Shown: positions 49,776-64,000 of the stretch, piece by piece
Layout: every line of letters starts with the position of its first letter
Position numbering within the stretch: the first letter of the stretch is position 1
Source: an uncultured delta proteobacterium
GTDB taxonomy: Bacteria > Myxococcota_A > Polyangia > Polyangiales > Polyangiaceae
Length of the DNA stretch: 64,000 bases
Assembly (NCBI GenBank): GCA_963850305.1
Contig: CAWKKR010000007.1
Location: 544,001-608,000, forward strand
Direction of reading: 5' to 3'
Position numbers and translations under genes: made by a program
Notes under the pieces: model-generated
Databases searched by the model: none
What the model saw: the letters and a program-made list of their open reading frames with translations, nothing else
What the model was told of the DNA's origin: nothing

Positions 49776-51506
49776 GTGAGCGAACCGGATGACGACCCGC
49801 TGATCGGTGTGATGATTGCCGATCGCTATCGAATCGAGAAACGCCTCGGGCAGGGCGGCATGGGAGCGGTGTACCTTGCCGAGCATGTGAGGATGCACAA
49901 GCCGTTCGCGGTCAAGGTGCTTCACAAGGAGATGGGGCGGCTCTCGGAAGCAGTGTTCCGCTTCGAACGAGAGGCGGTCGCGGCAGGGCGGGTCGACCAC
50001 GAACACCTCGTGACCGCGACGGACTTCGGGCAGCTTCCCGACGACTCGATGTATCTCGTGCTCGAGTACGTCCCCGGCCAGAACCTCGGGACACTGCTGG
50101 CGGAGGGCGCCCTTCCGACGATCCGCGCACTGAAGATTGCTCGGCAGATTGCTGCGGCCCTCGAGGCCATTCACGCGGTGGGGATCATTCACCGCGACGT
50201 GAAGCCGGACAACGTCATGCTCGTCGAGCGACCCGGCGGCGAGGATTTCGTCAAGCTCCTCGACTTCGGCATGGCGAAGGTGCACCTCGACGCTCCGCGC
50301 GAGGAGGTCCAGGTGACGCGTACGGGGCTCGTTTTCGGTACGCCTCGGTACATGGCGCCCGAACAAGCTGCCGGCGAACCGACGGACCATCGTGCCGATC
50401 TCTATTCGCTCGGCGTGCTTCTCTACGCGATGCTTTCGGGGGCTCCGCCGTTCAGTGCGGACGAGATACGCGACGTGCTTCGGATGCAACGATTCGAGCC
50501 GCCGCCGCCCTTGCCGGCGTCGATCGACCCCAGCGTTGCGGCCCTCGTGATGACGCTGCTGGCGAAGGATCCGAACGAGCGGGTGCAAACCGCGACAGGG
50601 GTGATCGACTACATCGATCGTCTTTCGTCGCAGCTCGTGGCGCCTTCGCCGAGTGGCCCCGCGCGCCTGGCGCGATTCTTCAGAACGCCGGCTGGTTTCG
50701 GCGTGGCGCTGGGTGCCGCCAGTGCGGCGTTCGTGCTCGCATTCGTCGCAGGTCATGCGGGTTCGCACCGGCGACCGGCCCCTGTTCGTGTCGTCGCGGC
50801 GGTCCCCGCGCCAGCGCCGAGCGTCAGTCGTCTGGCGGAGTCCACGCTCGACGCTCTGCTCGTCCGCGCCGAGGTCGGTGATGTGGCGGCGTTTCACGAA
50901 TTGGAGGCGCGACCGGACGCCGGTCGAAGCGCGCGTGAGTGGTTCGTGCTGGGCGAAGCCCGGACCACCCACGGAGAAGTCTCTCGAGGGCTCGACGCCT
51001 ACCTGCACGCAGCGGAATCCGACGAGAGGTACGCCAGCCATCCCCGAATCCTGCGGGACCTTCTCTCCGCCGCGCACTCCGAGGCGTGGGAGGAGGCTCT
51101 GCGCGTGGCGGCGGCTCTGCCCGGACCCGCAGGTGCGGACATTCTCTTCGACGTCTGGTCGTCGAATCCGAAGACGACGACGGCGACCGAGCGCGCTCGC
51201 GACCTGCTCGTGACGGACGCTGCTAGGGCGCGGGAGTCGGAAGCCGTGCGGGTCGCCTTCGACCTGAGGAGCGTGCAGGGTCAGGGATGCGAGGTGAGGC
51301 GCCCGATCGTCGCCCGCGCCGTTCAGTTCTCGGACACGCGGTCCCTCCGCCCGCTGATCATTCTCGCGTCGCGGTCCGGCTGCGGCAAACGGAAGAAGGA
51401 CGACTGCTTCGCGTGCCTCAGAGATGATGACACGCTGGTCCGGGCCATCGAACACTCGAAGAACACGGCCGCGCCGGACTACGCTCGCGTCATCGCCGCG
51501 CCTTGA
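49776..51506 (+). CDS. Membrane Ser/Thr protein kinase
   Basis: GQGGMGAVY, AVK, HRDVKPDN, DFG, GTPRYMAPEQ, DLYSLG; TM and extracytoplasmic C-terminus. Confidence 0.95.
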   Translation: MSEPDDDPLIGVMIADRYRIEKRLGQGGMGAVYLAEHVRMHKPFAVKVLHKEMGRLSEAVFRFEREAVAAGRVDHEHLVTATDFGQLPDDSMYLVLEYVPGQNLGTLLAEGALPTIRALKIARQIAAALEAIHAVGIIHRDVKPDNVMLVERPGGEDFVKLLDFGMAKVHLDAPREEVQVTRTGLVFGTPRYMAPEQAAGEPTDHRADLYSLGVLLYAMLSGAPPFSADEIRDVLRMQRFEPPPPLPASIDPSVAALVMTLLAKDPNERVQTATGVIDYIDRLSSQLVAPSPSGPARLARFFRTPAGFGVALGAASAAFVLAFVAGHAGSHRRPAPVRVVAAVPAPAPSVSRLAESTLDALLVRAEVGDVAAFHELEARPDAGRSAREWFVLGEARTTHGEVSRGLDAYLHAAESDERYASHPRILRDLLSAAHSEAWEEALRVAAALPGPAGADILFDVWSSNPKTTTATERARDLLVTDAARARESEAVRVAFDLRSVQGQGCEVRRPIVARAVQFSDTRSLRPLIILASRSGCGKRKKDDCFACLRDDDTLVRAIEHSKNTAAPDYARVIAAP

Positions 51507-51559
51507 CGCCGCACGCCCCGCGGAACGCTTCGGTCGCGCTAGGCCGTCACGTGCGTTAC

Positions 51560-51618
51560 TTCACGCCCGCTACGAAGGCTTTCACGCGCGCCACGAAGGC
51601 CCTTCACGCGCGCTACGA
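51560..51618. repeat. Short imperfect tandem repeat (~21-22 bp x ~2.7)
   Basis: TTCACGCCCGCTACGAAGGCT / TTCACGCGCGCCACGAAGGCCC / TTCACGCGCGCTACGA between convergent genes. Confidence 0.6.
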
Positions 51619-51745
51619 CCTCGTCGTCGCGGCGGACGACCTGCCTCACGTGCCGTACGAGCCCGCCGTCGCTTCACACGAACGCGCCCGTCGCGGCGGA
51701 CGTGACGGGGATCCTACGCCAGGAGCCGCGCGGCGGATGGGCCAC

Positions 51746-53287
51746 TCACCGGACGTCGAAATGGATGCCCTGCGAAAGCGGAAGATCCGTAGAATAGTTG
51801 ATCGTGTTCGTGGCGCGACGCATGTAAGTTTTCCAGGCGTCGGAGCCGGATTCTCGCCCGCCGCCCGTCTGCTTTTCTCCGCCGAAGGCCCCGCCGATCT
51901 CCGCGCCGCTCGTCCCCGTGTTGACGTTGACGATGCCGCAGTCGGAGCCTCGCGCCGAACAGAACAGCTCGGCCTCGCGAAGATCGGTCGTGAACACGGC
52001 GGACGAGAGCCCTTGAGGGACCGAGTTGTGAAGGTCGATGGCGTCGTCGAACGCTTCGTACCGATGTACGTAAAGAATCGGCGCGAACGTCTCTTCCTGA
52101 ACGATGGCCGCGCGTCCGTCGATCTCGACGATCGCGGGTCTCACGTAGACACCCCCGCGCGGCACGCCCTTCCGGAGCCGCTCTCCACCGACCAGCACGT
52201 GTCCGCCTGCCGCGGAGGCGGCGTTGAGGGCACGCTCCATGGCCGCCGCGGCCGCTTCGTCGATCAACGGTCCCACCAGAGTCCCCTCGCTCCGAGGATC
52301 GCCGACCGGGATGGAGCGATAGACGGCGACGAGGCGCGAAAGCAATCGATCCGCGATGCTCGATTGAAGGATGAGCCTCCGGAGGGTCGTGCATCTCTGC
52401 CCCGCGGTTCCGGCGGCCGCGAAGAGGATCGAGCGAAGGGCAAGGTCTAGATCCGCCGACGAAGAGACGATCATTCCATTGTTGCCCCCGAGCTCTAGCA
52501 ACGATCTGCCGAGTCGGTTCGCGACCGTCGTGGCGACGATCCGTCCCATTCGAATCGAGCCCGTTGCGGAGATCAGCGGGAGCTGTGGTGACTCGGCGAG
52601 CCTCCGTCCGAGATCGCCTCCCCCGAGGACCAGGGCGAGCGCCTCGCCCGGGATGTCGGGCATTTCGCGGAGGACCAAGCGGGCCTGTTCGTGGCAGGCG
52701 AGCGCGGTCAACGGCGTCTTCTCGGAAGGCTTCCAGATCACCGAGTCACCGCAGACGATCGCGAGCATCGCGTTCCACGCCCATACGGCGACCGGGAAAT
52801 TGAAGGCGGTGATGACGCCGACCGGCCCGAGGGGATGCCACTGCTCTGACAGGCGATGGCCACTTCGTTCGCTTGCGATGACGAGCCCATGAAGCTGACG
52901 ACTCTGACCGACGGCGAAATCGCACATGTCGATCATCTCCTGCACCTCGCCGAGCGCCTCGGCGTGGATCTTTCCCGTCTCGAGGCAGACGAGTTGCGCG
53001 AGGGCATCTTTGCCGTCCCGCAATCGGTTCCCCAGGCGCCGTACGAATTCACCCCGTCTCGGCGCGGGCACCGAGCGAAGCTCACGGAATGCTTTGGAGG
53101 AACGGCCGATTATCTCGTCGACCTGTGGCGGCGTGGCGGCGTTGAACTCCGCCAGCGTGCTTCCGTCGATCGGCGACCGCGCGATCAGCTTTTCGCCATA
53201 GCCGACCATGGTCGTCACGCCCGCGTGCACGGCGACGGGTGTACCGTCGATTCCGAGTCGGGCTGCGAGGCTCGCGATCTCCGTCAC
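51746..53287 (-). CDS. Aldehyde dehydrogenase family 7 (piperideine-6-carboxylate/aminoadipate semialdehyde dehydrogenase)
   Basis: ITAFNFPVAVWAWN, WKPSEKTP, LELGGNN, GTAGQRCT, EETFAP, GGGRESGSDAWK; GTG 53287 overlaps the upstream stop. Confidence 0.93.
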   Translation of the reverse strand: MTEIASLAARLGIDGTPVAVHAGVTTMVGYGEKLIARSPIDGSTLAEFNAATPPQVDEIIGRSSKAFRELRSVPAPRRGEFVRRLGNRLRDGKDALAQLVCLETGKIHAEALGEVQEMIDMCDFAVGQSRQLHGLVIASERSGHRLSEQWHPLGPVGVITAFNFPVAVWAWNAMLAIVCGDSVIWKPSEKTPLTALACHEQARLVLREMPDIPGEALALVLGGGDLGRRLAESPQLPLISATGSIRMGRIVATTVANRLGRSLLELGGNNGMIVSSSADLDLALRSILFAAAGTAGQRCTTLRRLILQSSIADRLLSRLVAVYRSIPVGDPRSEGTLVGPLIDEAAAAAMERALNAASAAGGHVLVGGERLRKGVPRGGVYVRPAIVEIDGRAAIVQEETFAPILYVHRYEAFDDAIDLHNSVPQGLSSAVFTTDLREAELFCSARGSDCGIVNVNTGTSGAEIGGAFGGEKQTGGGRESGSDAWKTYMRRATNTINYSTDLPLSQGIHFDVR

Positions 53288-54423
53288 GTTGCGGCCTTCG
53301 AGCATGAACCTGGTCCCCATGCGAGCTTCGGCTCGAGGCCGGTGTCGAAGAAGGTGCCGAAGCGATTCTGGAGCAGTTCGTCGAGACGTACCTCCTCTTG
53401 CCTGACGAACCCGCGTCCCTGGATTCGCCCTGCTGCGTGGAGGTCGATCATGGTGCATGCGCCGGCCGCAGTCGTAATCTGGATGGCGCTCCAGTTTTCT
53501 CCGTCAATCGTTTGATTATGTACCTGGCGAGCGTCGACAATCTGTACGAGCTGGCCCTGCCGCCAGCCCGAGACCGTGCAAAACACGATGACGACGTCCT
53601 GAAACGTCACGGGGATCGCGCGTTCGAGAATCTCCTTCAAGAGTCCGCGATGCTCGCCGAGACGTAGCTCGTTGACGAGAAACATGGCCAGATCGCGGTG
53701 TCCGGCGTACCGAACGGTCTTGTAGTCCAGCGATGTGACGCGCCCGTCGAGCGTTTCGCACAGAGTACCTAGCCCGCCGGAGGTATTGAACGCCTCGTAT
53801 CTCACCCCGTCGATCGACAGGTATTCGAGACCCTCCAGAGGCAAAACCTCTCGACGCTTCCCGGAGACGATTGCTTCGCCGGGATTGCAGTATTCATTGA
53901 TGAGCCCATCGGTGGACCACGTCAGGTTGTACTTCAGGGCGTTCGTCGGAAATCTCGGGAGCGCGCCGACTCGCATGTGGACGGAGTCCAGTCGTTCGAA
54001 CTTGCGACTCAGGTCGTAGGCAGCGACGGACACGAAGCCTGGCGCGAGCCCGCACTGAGGCATGAAGATCTGTCCGGGGTGGGCCTTCTCCGCGATACGT
54101 CGGATCTCGCGCGTGGTCTCGACATCTTCGGTGAGGTCGAAGTAGCAGACCCCGGCTTTCAGCGCGGCGGTGGCCACCTGGACGTTGTACCCAAAGCTGA
54201 GCGCCGAGAGCACGACGTCTCGATCGGCGAGCGCCGATCCGAGCGCTGAGGCGTCGTTCACGTCGAGTCGGATTCGCGTCGCAGCCGGGACCTTTCGTTC
54301 GATGCGCGAGAGCGCTTCGTCCGAGTTGTCGGCCACGGTGACGGCATAATCCTGGGTTCGGGTGAGCAGCTTTGCGACGGTACGCCCGATTTTTCCGGCT
54401 CCGAGGATCAGAACGCGGCGCAT
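53284..54423 (-). CDS. Saccharopine dehydrogenase family / lysine 6-dehydrogenase
   Basis: ILGAGKIG, YFDLTED, CGLAPG, YNLTWSTDGLINEY, EAFNTSGGLG. Confidence 0.92.
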   Translation of the reverse strand: MRRVLILGAGKIGRTVAKLLTRTQDYAVTVADNSDEALSRIERKVPAATRIRLDVNDASALGSALADRDVVLSALSFGYNVQVATAALKAGVCYFDLTEDVETTREIRRIAEKAHPGQIFMPQCGLAPGFVSVAAYDLSRKFERLDSVHMRVGALPRFPTNALKYNLTWSTDGLINEYCNPGEAIVSGKRREVLPLEGLEYLSIDGVRYEAFNTSGGLGTLCETLDGRVTSLDYKTVRYAGHRDLAMFLVNELRLGEHRGLLKEILERAIPVTFQDVVIVFCTVSGWRQGQLVQIVDARQVHNQTIDGENWSAIQITTAAGACTMIDLHAAGRIQGRGFVRQEEVRLDELLQNRFGTFFDTGLEPKLAWGPGSCSKAAT

Positions 54424-54520
54424 CCACCAAGTCTTCGCCGCCCTCACGCCCTCGGCAACCACGTCCTGAAGTGTGCCGGTCGCAATCTGGAACCCGCAGG
54501 CCGTTCGTCGGAGCGGCTGC

Positions 54521-60078
<5,558 letters not shown>

Positions 60079-60082
<4 letters not shown>

Positions 60083-63000
60083 CGCGTGCCTCCTTCCCTG
60101 CGCCCGCGCCGTCTCGTGGCGAGGGCGGCCATGAGGAACGCACCGAGGCCAACGGCGCCCGTTCCGGGCGTTCCGCGGGCTGGCAGATCGCAGCGGCAGC
60201 CGCCACCGCCGGTGGCAAGGCCGATAACGGCCTTCGAATTATCCGCTCCAGAGCCGGCGTTGCCGGAGTTCCCGTTTCCAGCACTCCCTCCCACGCCGAC
60301 GCCGTTACCGGCACCGCCAACGCCGGTACCTCCATCCCTGTTGCTCACGGCGCCGCCTCCGTCGATGCCGCCGCCGTTGCCGCCGTTGCCGCCGTTGCCG
60401 GCGCCGCCAGTGTTGCCACCCGTCGCGGGGAGCTCACACTCGCCTGCGGCGCACGATTGGCCGCTCGGGCAATGCACGCCGCTGCACGGATCGTTCCCGC
60501 AGGAGCCCGTCAATGGATCGCAGTAGGAGCCGTCGCTACAAGCCGGTTCGTCGACTCCGCCAGCACACTTGCTCGGCCCGCACGCGGCGCCACCGTCCGC
60601 GCCGCCGGGCAGACAGACCTGGCCGTCCGGGCACGTCGTGCTGCAGCCCGTGGCCTGGCAGACGCCGTCGACGCAGCGCTGGGTTGCAGAGCACGCTACC
60701 GTCGCGCAGCTCGGCACGCAGAGGGCCGATGTGAACGACGAGTTCGGCTTGCATTCCTGACCCGTCGCACAGTTCGCGTTCGTGCACGGATCCGTGACAC
60801 ACGCGCCGGCGTTGCAGGCCTTGCCGGTCGGGCAGCTGAAGAAACGGCAATCGGTGAGCGGCTCGCACCGACCCACGAAATCGCCACTCGGCACGCAACC
60901 GTTGCCCGATGTGCACTGAGTGGTGAAGCACGGGCCGTGACAGGCCGTGCCACCACTACACGTGCAGATGGGCAGGGCCTTGCCCGTGGCGTCCACCGTG
61001 CCGGCCGGACCGCACTCGATGGCGCCGTTGCTGGTGACGGTCTTCGTCGAGCAGTCCCCGCAGGTATTGGTGACACAGTAGCGCCCCGACTGGCTCGAAT
61101 CGCTGCTGAGCGACAACGTCTCGCAATCCGCGCCAGTCGGGCACGGGAATTCGCCCGGGGAGCAGGTCGACGCACACTCACAAGTCGTGCCGTCCTGCAC
61201 GCAGGCGGAGCCGCTGCCGCAGAGCGGCGGATCCGTGGACCCCGCCGCTGGAATGTTGTCGATCTGCCCGTCGCAGTTGTTGTCGAGGCAATCGCAGATT
61301 TCCGGCTGAGGCCCAATCCCGTTCAGGCATTGTACGAGACCCGCCCGGCAACCGAGCTGACCCGGCTTGCACTGTCCGACCGACGAACCGCAAGTGTCGC
61401 CGAGTTTTCTCGGGGGATTGCTCGTATCCAGTGGGTCAGCCGTGCCGTCCGTTCCGTCCGGAGAGGGGCCGGCTTCATCCACCTTGCCATCACAGTCGTT
61501 GTCCAGGCCATCGCAAATCTCCGGTGAAGGGCCGACTCCTCCCACGCAGATATACTTGCCCGAGCCACTCGGGTCGCAGGCGAGAGTGCCTGGCCGGCAT
61601 AGGCCTTGCGATCGGTCGCCCGGGTACGCTTTCGTGTCGTAGCTCGGGGTGCAGGCGTTCCCTATCGGGAGCCCGTTATCGACCAGGCCATCGCAGTTGT
61701 CATCGAGGCCGTTGCAAATCTCCGGGCTCGGCCCGGTTCCACTGCATGTGAGCTGGCCGTTCGTACATTGCTGCGTCCCGAAGGTACACACGCCGACGTT
61801 GATGCCGCACTGCGCGCCGCCGCCTGGATTTCCGTTATCGGCGACCCCGTCGCAATCCTGATCCTTGCCATCGCAGATCTCCGCGGTGGGGAGCGTGCCA
61901 CCGACGCACATCCAGCCCTTGGCACCGTCGCAAGTCAGGCGTCCCGTCTGGCACGGACTCGTCAGGGAACCGAGATCCGTGCAGTCAGCGCCCGGCGGGG
62001 TACCCCACGTGGTCACGGGCGCCGGCGCCGTGCCGAAGCTGCATGTCGTTCCGGGGACGTTCCAGCAGCCGTCCTTCCCCGCGGCGGGAGCGTCTGCGAG
62101 CACGCCATCGTCGACGAGGCCGTTGCAGTCGTCGTCGATGCCATTACAGACCTCGGGCGACGCATGGCGAACCGTGTTGCAGACCAGCGCTCCGGCCACG
62201 CATACGGTCAAGCCCGCTCCGCATTGACCCGTGCACGCAACGCCCGAACCCGGCGCGTTCTCGTCCACCTGCCCGTTGCAGTTATTGTCGATGCCGTCGC
62301 AGATCTCGGGGGTCGGTGGAACTTCCCCGACGCAAGTGAGCTGACCCGCAACGCAGGTCTCCGTTCCCTGATGGCAAGGGCCGACGTTGGGTGACGTACC
62401 GCACGCCGCGCCGCCGCCAGGGTTGCCCTCGTCCACCTGCCCGTTGCAGTTGTTGTCGACGCCGTCGCAAATATCCGTCGCCGCCGGCAACTGTCCGCCG
62501 TCGCACTCCCATCCGCCGTTCTTGCAGACGAGGGCGCCGGGTGTGCACGGCGCCGTCAGCGTTCCCGCCTTGGTGCAGGTCGCGCCCGCCGGCGGACTCC
62601 ATGTCACGGTGCTGAACGAGCACGCGTTTCCGGGGTTCTGCCAGCAACCGGGATCCGACGGCGTATCCGTCGGTTTGTCGTCGATCGAGCCGTTGCAGTC
62701 GTTGTCCTTGCCGTCGCAGATCTCCGGGGAAGGGCCGACCTGTCCCTGGCAGATCGGCTTGCCCGCGACGCAGGTCATGACGCCCGCCTTGCACGTGCCG
62801 ACGTTGGAGCCACAGATCTGCCCGAGCCCCACGAGGTTCGACGCTTCGTCGATCTGGCCGTCGCAGTTGTTGTCGATGCCGTCGCAGATTTCCGGGCTCG
62901 GAGGGACCCCACCGGTACAGACCAGCGTGCCGGCCGTGCAGGTCAGCGTCCCCGCTTTGCACGCGCCGACGTTCGAGCCGCATGGCACGCCGCCGCCCGG

Positions 63001-63999
63001 GTTCCCGTCATCGACCTGGCCGTTGCAGTTGTTGTCCTTGTCGTCGCAGATTTCGGGCTGCGGGGGTACACCACCCTGACAGAACCAGCCGCTCGTGCCG
63101 CCGCAGGTGAGGGTGCCTGCTGCGCAGGGGGTCGTGAGTGAGCCCGTTCCGGAGCACGTTGCGCCCGCGGGCGGCGACCAGCTCACGTTCTTGAAGTTGC
63201 ACGCGGTACCTGGTGTCTGCCAGCACCCAGGATTCGTCGGCCCGTCCGTGAGGTTGTTGTCGACGATGCCGTCGCAGTCGTCGTCGAGCCCATTACAGAC
63301 CTCGACGCCCTTGTTCGTGCCCCCGCTGCACTGAATCGACCCGGCGACGCAGGCAGTCACGCCCTTCTTGCAAACGCCGGTGCTCGAGCCGCAAGCGTTT
63401 CCGACTCCCGCTGTGATGTTGTCGTCGACGGTGCCGTCGCAGTCGTTGTCGATGCCGTCGCAGAGCTCGGTCGTCGGATCCACTTCGCCCTGACAAAGGA
63501 GCTGGCCAGAAACGCAGTTGAGCGTCCCCTTCTTGCACGGCGCGATGCTCGGCGCCGTGCCACAGGCGGCGCCACCGCCCGGATTACCGTCGTCCACGGT
63601 GCCGTTGCAGTTGTTGTCGATGCCGTCGCACACTTCCGCGCTAGGCAACGTGCCTCCCTGGCAAACCCACTTGCTCGCCCCCTCGCACACCAGCGTACCG
63701 GGCGAGCAGGGGGCGGTCAGGGATCCGAGACCGGTGCAGGTCGCTCCGGCAGGTGCGCTCCAGGTCTTGCCGCCGCCCGTGCAGGTGGCGCCGGCTTCGT
63801 TCCAGCAGCCGAGCGCGGCAGGCGTATCCGTCACGTTGTTGTCGATCGCGCCGTCGCAGTTGTCGTCGAGGCCGTTGCACACCTCGACGCCGGGCTTCAC
63901 TTCGCCCTGACACACCGACGCACCGCCGACGCACGCCAGGATACCGGTCTTGCAGATGCCGCGGCTGCTTCCGCAGACGCCGCCCTCGCCCGTGAGCCC
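60079..63999 (-). CDS. Giant MopE-like repeat surface protein with MYXO-CTERM tail, 5' end outside the window
   Basis: Frame open to the right edge; 14 visible motifs; Gly/Asn linker then GGGGCRC..LGAFLMAALATRRRGRR; ATGA overlap with the next gene. Confidence 0.9.
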
Positions 64000-64000
64000 G

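Noticed and set aside
51503..51720. Possible CRISPR-like repeats or a plus-strand ORF
   Set aside because: Repeats are contiguous with no spacers, no cas genes are present, and the ORF runs antisense into the ALDH gene.
29045..54423. Functional linkage of lysine dehydrogenase/ALDH7 with sucAB-lpdA through 2-oxoadipate
   Set aside because: About 17 kb apart with unrelated genes between; ordinary housekeeping placement.

Overview
High-GC (~67% by eye) bacterial chromosomal segment with a clear myxobacterial (Polyangiales-like, Myxococcota) signature: MYXO-CTERM-like sorting tails, Cys-rich lipoproteins, PEGA/TPR proteins, a Ser/Thr kinase and FHA proteins. Housekeeping content includes xseA-aroE, pheA, sucA-sucB-lpdA, a SUF Fe-S cluster (Rrf2-sufBCDSU-sufT-sufA/iscA) and a lysine dehydrogenase/ALDH7 pair. 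Main points: (1) a eukaryote-type bifunctional 6-phosphofructo-2-kinase/fructose-2,6-bisphosphatase gene at the left edge that the ORF track misses; (2) a translationally coupled five-gene envelope operon built around a lipoprotein with 9 candidate heme-binding motifs and a small beta-barrel protein; (3) a glycogen-debranching-family protein with an apparent catalytic Glu->Gln change, upstream of a sensor-less two-component system; (4) two tandem giant surface proteins with hierarchical CxGxDxxCxGxxD repeats; (5) four clustered single-base indels in sufS/sufT, more likely consensus errors than real decay. I saw no rRNA, tRNA, CRISPR array or mobile element. All family calls come from recognising motifs by eye; no database searches were run.
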